Of a DNA stretch of 64,000 nt, positions 61,501-64,000 are shown in pieces. How positions within the stretch are numbered: position 1 is the stretch's first letter; the number at the start of each line of letters is the position of its first letter. This DNA is from Squalus acanthias (Eukaryota). The stretch is from positions 6,078,001-6,142,000 of the forward strand of contig JASTWF010000033.1 in the NCBI GenBank assembly GCA_030390025.1, written 5' to 3'. A program made the position numbers and the translations under genes. The notes beneath the pieces are model-generated. The model saw nothing but the letters and a program-made list of their open reading frames with translations, had not been told where the DNA came from and did no database searches.

Positions 61501-62254
61501 TATGTGTAAATTAACTATTAACTGTAACTTTATTAACTGCTGGAGAGGATTCCATGTGTAAATTAACAATTAACTGTAACTTGATTAACCGGTGTAGAGG
61601 ATACCATGTGTAAATTAACAATTAACTGTAACTTTATTAACTGCTGTAGGGGACACAATGTGTAAATTAACAATTAACTGTAACTTGATTAACCGGTGTA
61701 GAGGATACCAAGAGTAAATTAACAATTAACTGAAACTTTTTTCCCTGGTGTCGAGGATACCATGTGTAAATTGACAATTAACTGTAACTTTATTCCCCGG
61801 TGTAGAGGATGCAATATTTAAATTAACAATTAACTTTAACGTTATTCCACGGTGTAGAGGATACCATGTTTAAATTAACAACTAACTGTAACTTCATTAA
61901 CTGCTGCATATGATTCCATGTGTAAATTAACAAATAACTGTAACTTGATTAACCGGTGTAGAGAATACCATGTGTAAATTGACAACTAACTGTAACTTTA
62001 TTCCCCGGTGTAGAGGATGCAATATTTAAATTAACAATTAACTTTAACGTTATTCCACGGTGTAGAGGATACCATGTTTAAATTAACAACTAACTGTAAC
62101 TTCATTAACTGCTGCATATGATTCCATGTGTAAATTAACAAATAACTGTAACTTGATTAACCGGTGTAGAGAATACCACGAGTAAATTAATAATTAACTA
62201 TAACTTTATTAACTGCTGTCGGGGATAGCATGTGTAAATTAACAATTAACTGTA
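22523..62254. repeat. 52-bp satellite array, main part, with higher-order duplications
   Basis: Same monomer and orientation throughout, with no inversion seen. Ends abruptly at ..AATTAACTGTA|CGATAGC. Confidence 0.98.
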
Positions 62255-62257
62255 CGA

Positions 62258-62475
62258 TAGCAAAATACTGCGGATGCTGGAAATCTGAAATAACAACAGA
62301 AAACGCTGGAAAAACTCAGCAGGCGAGGCAGCATCCGTGGAGAGAGAAAGAGAGTTAACGTTTCGGTTCGATGACCTTTCGTCAGAACTGTGAAGAGCCG
62401 GAAATCAAATAGATTTAAGGCCAGAGTAAAGCTGGGATAAGGAGGAGGGGATAAAAGAACAAAGAGGGAGATGAA
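62258..62475 (-). mobile_element. Penelope-like element terminal fragment
   Basis: Minus strand carries a minimal hammerhead motif followed by CTCTCCACGGATGCTGCCTCGCCTGCTGAG..TTCCAGCATCCGCAGTATTTTGC. This resembles PLE terminal repeats of fishes as recalled; not searched. Confidence 0.65.
62352..62390 (-). ncRNA. Minimal type I hammerhead ribozyme motif
   Basis: CAGTT-CTGACGA-AA-GGT-CATCGA-ACC-GAAAC-GTT-A-ACT. Contains the conserved CUGANGA and GAAA boxes, a short stem II, palindromic AACGTT at stem III, and an AGT/ACT stem I. Confidence 0.7.
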
Positions 62476-62509
62476 GAGACATTAAGAGACATTAAGAGAT
62501 ATGCAAGGC

Positions 62510-64000
62510 TAGAGGTGGTGTCGACAGCGGGGGAGGAGGAGCCTTTCTTTCTTTCTCTCTCCCACAGAGCGGTCAGCAGCGGGGAAGGAGGAGCGGACCT
62601 GGTTGGAGCGGCAGAGGCCTGAGGTGAGTCAATAAACTCACCTACGTGGCCTTTTTCCCCAGCGGGGTAAGAGCTTCGCGGGCTTTTTCAAAGGCAGGGG
62701 GCGGGGCCAAATCATTGGTACCCGTATATAGGTGGAGCGGTTGCTAAACCCGAGACACTACACTAGTAGTGACTCCCACCCTCCCACCTCCTCTAACCTT
62801 TAGGGTAGAGGGAATTTAAAAGGTAGGTTCGATTTTATATTTTGTTTTCAGGGACTTAACTCCTGGACCTAAGATAAATAAGTTTAAATTTTAGTAATAA
62901 AGTAACATAAGGGTTAAGTCATGACAGGAAGTCTCGGACCCGTTTCATGCTCCTCCTGTGCCATGTGGGAAACCAGGGACACTTCCAGTGTCCCTGACAA
63001 CTACGTGTGCGGGAAGTGTGTCCAGCTGCAGCTCCTGACAGCCCGCATGGCGGTGCTGGAGCTGTGGGTGGACTCACTCTGGAGCATGCACGATGCCGAG
63101 AACTCGGTGAATCGCTCATTTAGTGAGTTGTCCACACCGCAGGTAAAGGCTAGGACAGACAGTGTATGGGTGACCAAGAAGCAGGGCAATATCAGGAAGG
63201 TAGTGCAGGAGTCTCCTGTGGTCATCTCCCTCCAAAACAGGTATGCCGCTTTGGATACTGTTGGGGGAGATGGCCTACCAGGGGAAGGCACCAGCAGCCA
63301 GGTTCATGGCAGCATGGCTGGCTCTGCTGCACAGCAGGGCGGGAAAAAGAGTGGTAGGGCTATAGTGATAGGGGACTCAATTGTAAGGGGAATAGACAGG
63401 AGTTTCTGTGGCCGCAACCGAGATTCCAGGATGGTATGTTGCCTCCCTGGTGCAAGGGTCAAGGATGTCTCGGAGCGGCTGCAGAACATTCTGAAGAGGG
63501 AGGGTGAACAGCCAGCTGTCGTGGTGCATGTAGGTACCAACGATATAGGTAAAAAGCGGGAAGAGGTCCTACAAGCAGAATTTAGGGAGCTAGGAGCTAA
63601 ATTAAAAAGTAGGACCTCTAAGGTAGTAATCTCTGGATTGCTACCAGGGCCACGAGCTAATCAGAATAGAGAGAACAGGTTAGTGAGATTGAATACGTGG
63701 CTTGAGCAGTGGTGCAGGAGGGACGGATTCAAATTCCTGAGGCATTGGAACCAGTTCTGGGGGAAGTGGGACCTGTACAAAAGGGACGGTCTGCGCTTGG
63801 GCAGGACTGGAACCGATGTCCTCGGGGTAATATTTGCTAAAGCAGTTCGGGAGGATTTAAACTAATATGGCAGGGGAAGGGGAATCTATGTAGCGAAACA
63901 GGGGGAAGTAATATGCAGTCAGAAACAAATGTTAGAAGGGTGAGAAACAATAGGGGAAGGCCGAGTAAACAAAGTCAAGAAACACAAAGGGCCATACTAA
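62510..64000 (+). mobile_element. 5' part of a CR1 LINE (GC-rich 5' UTR, ORF1, start of the inter-ORF region); runs off the window
   Basis: A CpG-rich leader followed by an intact CR1-type ORF1. The 5' boundary is approximate. Confidence 0.8.
62921..63865 (+). CDS. CR1 ORF1p: CxxC..CxxC zinc finger, coiled coil, SGNH/GDSL esterase domain
   Basis: CSSC..CGKC followed by a leucine-rich helix. SGNH blocks IVIGDSIVR, LPGA, HVGTND and DGLRL (normally DGLHL). Confidence 0.92.
   Translation: MTGSLGPVSCSSCAMWETRDTSSVPDNYVCGKCVQLQLLTARMAVLELWVDSLWSMHDAENSVNRSFSELSTPQVKARTDSVWVTKKQGNIRKVVQESPVVISLQNRYAALDTVGGDGLPGEGTSSQVHGSMAGSAAQQGGKKSGRAIVIGDSIVRGIDRSFCGRNRDSRMVCCLPGARVKDVSERLQNILKREGEQPAVVVHVGTNDIGKKREEVLQAEFRELGAKLKSRTSKVVISGLLPGPRANQNRENRLVRLNTWLEQWCRRDGFKFLRHWNQFWGKWDLYKRDGLRLGRTGTDVLGVIFAKAVREDLN

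Noticed and set aside
10985..62254. CRISPR-like appearance (conserved repeat plus variable segment)
   Set aside because: The variable part is only about 6-10 nt and consists of recurring point variants of one sequence, not unique spacers. The context is eukaryotic and there are no cas genes.
62475..62500. AGAGACATTA repeat as the TSD of the CR1
   Set aside because: It is a local 10-bp tandem duplication. The other end of the CR1 is outside the window, so no TSD can be assessed.

Overview
Repeat-dominated vertebrate genomic DNA with no host gene. The host is inferred to be a cartilaginous fish from an HE1-like V-SINE whose tail matches the CR1 3' ends in the window. Left to right: (1) A CR1 3' fragment. 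(2) A decayed, internally deleted minus-strand endogenous retrovirus (998-7809) with a retroviral RNase H and integrase, and an env whose layout resembles paramyxo/pneumovirus F (lokiretrovirus-like). Its two LTRs have non-homologous U3 cores and no TSD. It carries a nested V-SINE and a Harbinger-like MITE. (3) A 34-bp minisatellite. (4) A 5'-truncated CR1. (5) A 52-bp satellite array (10985-62254, about 47 kb, roughly 900 monomers) with nested higher-order duplications. (6) Inside the array, one very young Ty3/Gypsy element (18042-22522; LTRs 193/194 identical, 5-bp TSD). It has no tRNA PBS but has an 11-nt site exactly complementary to a segment of its own LTR, consistent with Tf1-style self-priming. 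(7) A Penelope-like terminus with a hammerhead ribozyme motif. (8) The 5' end and ORF1 of a CR1. All calls come from reading the sequence by eye; no database searches were run.
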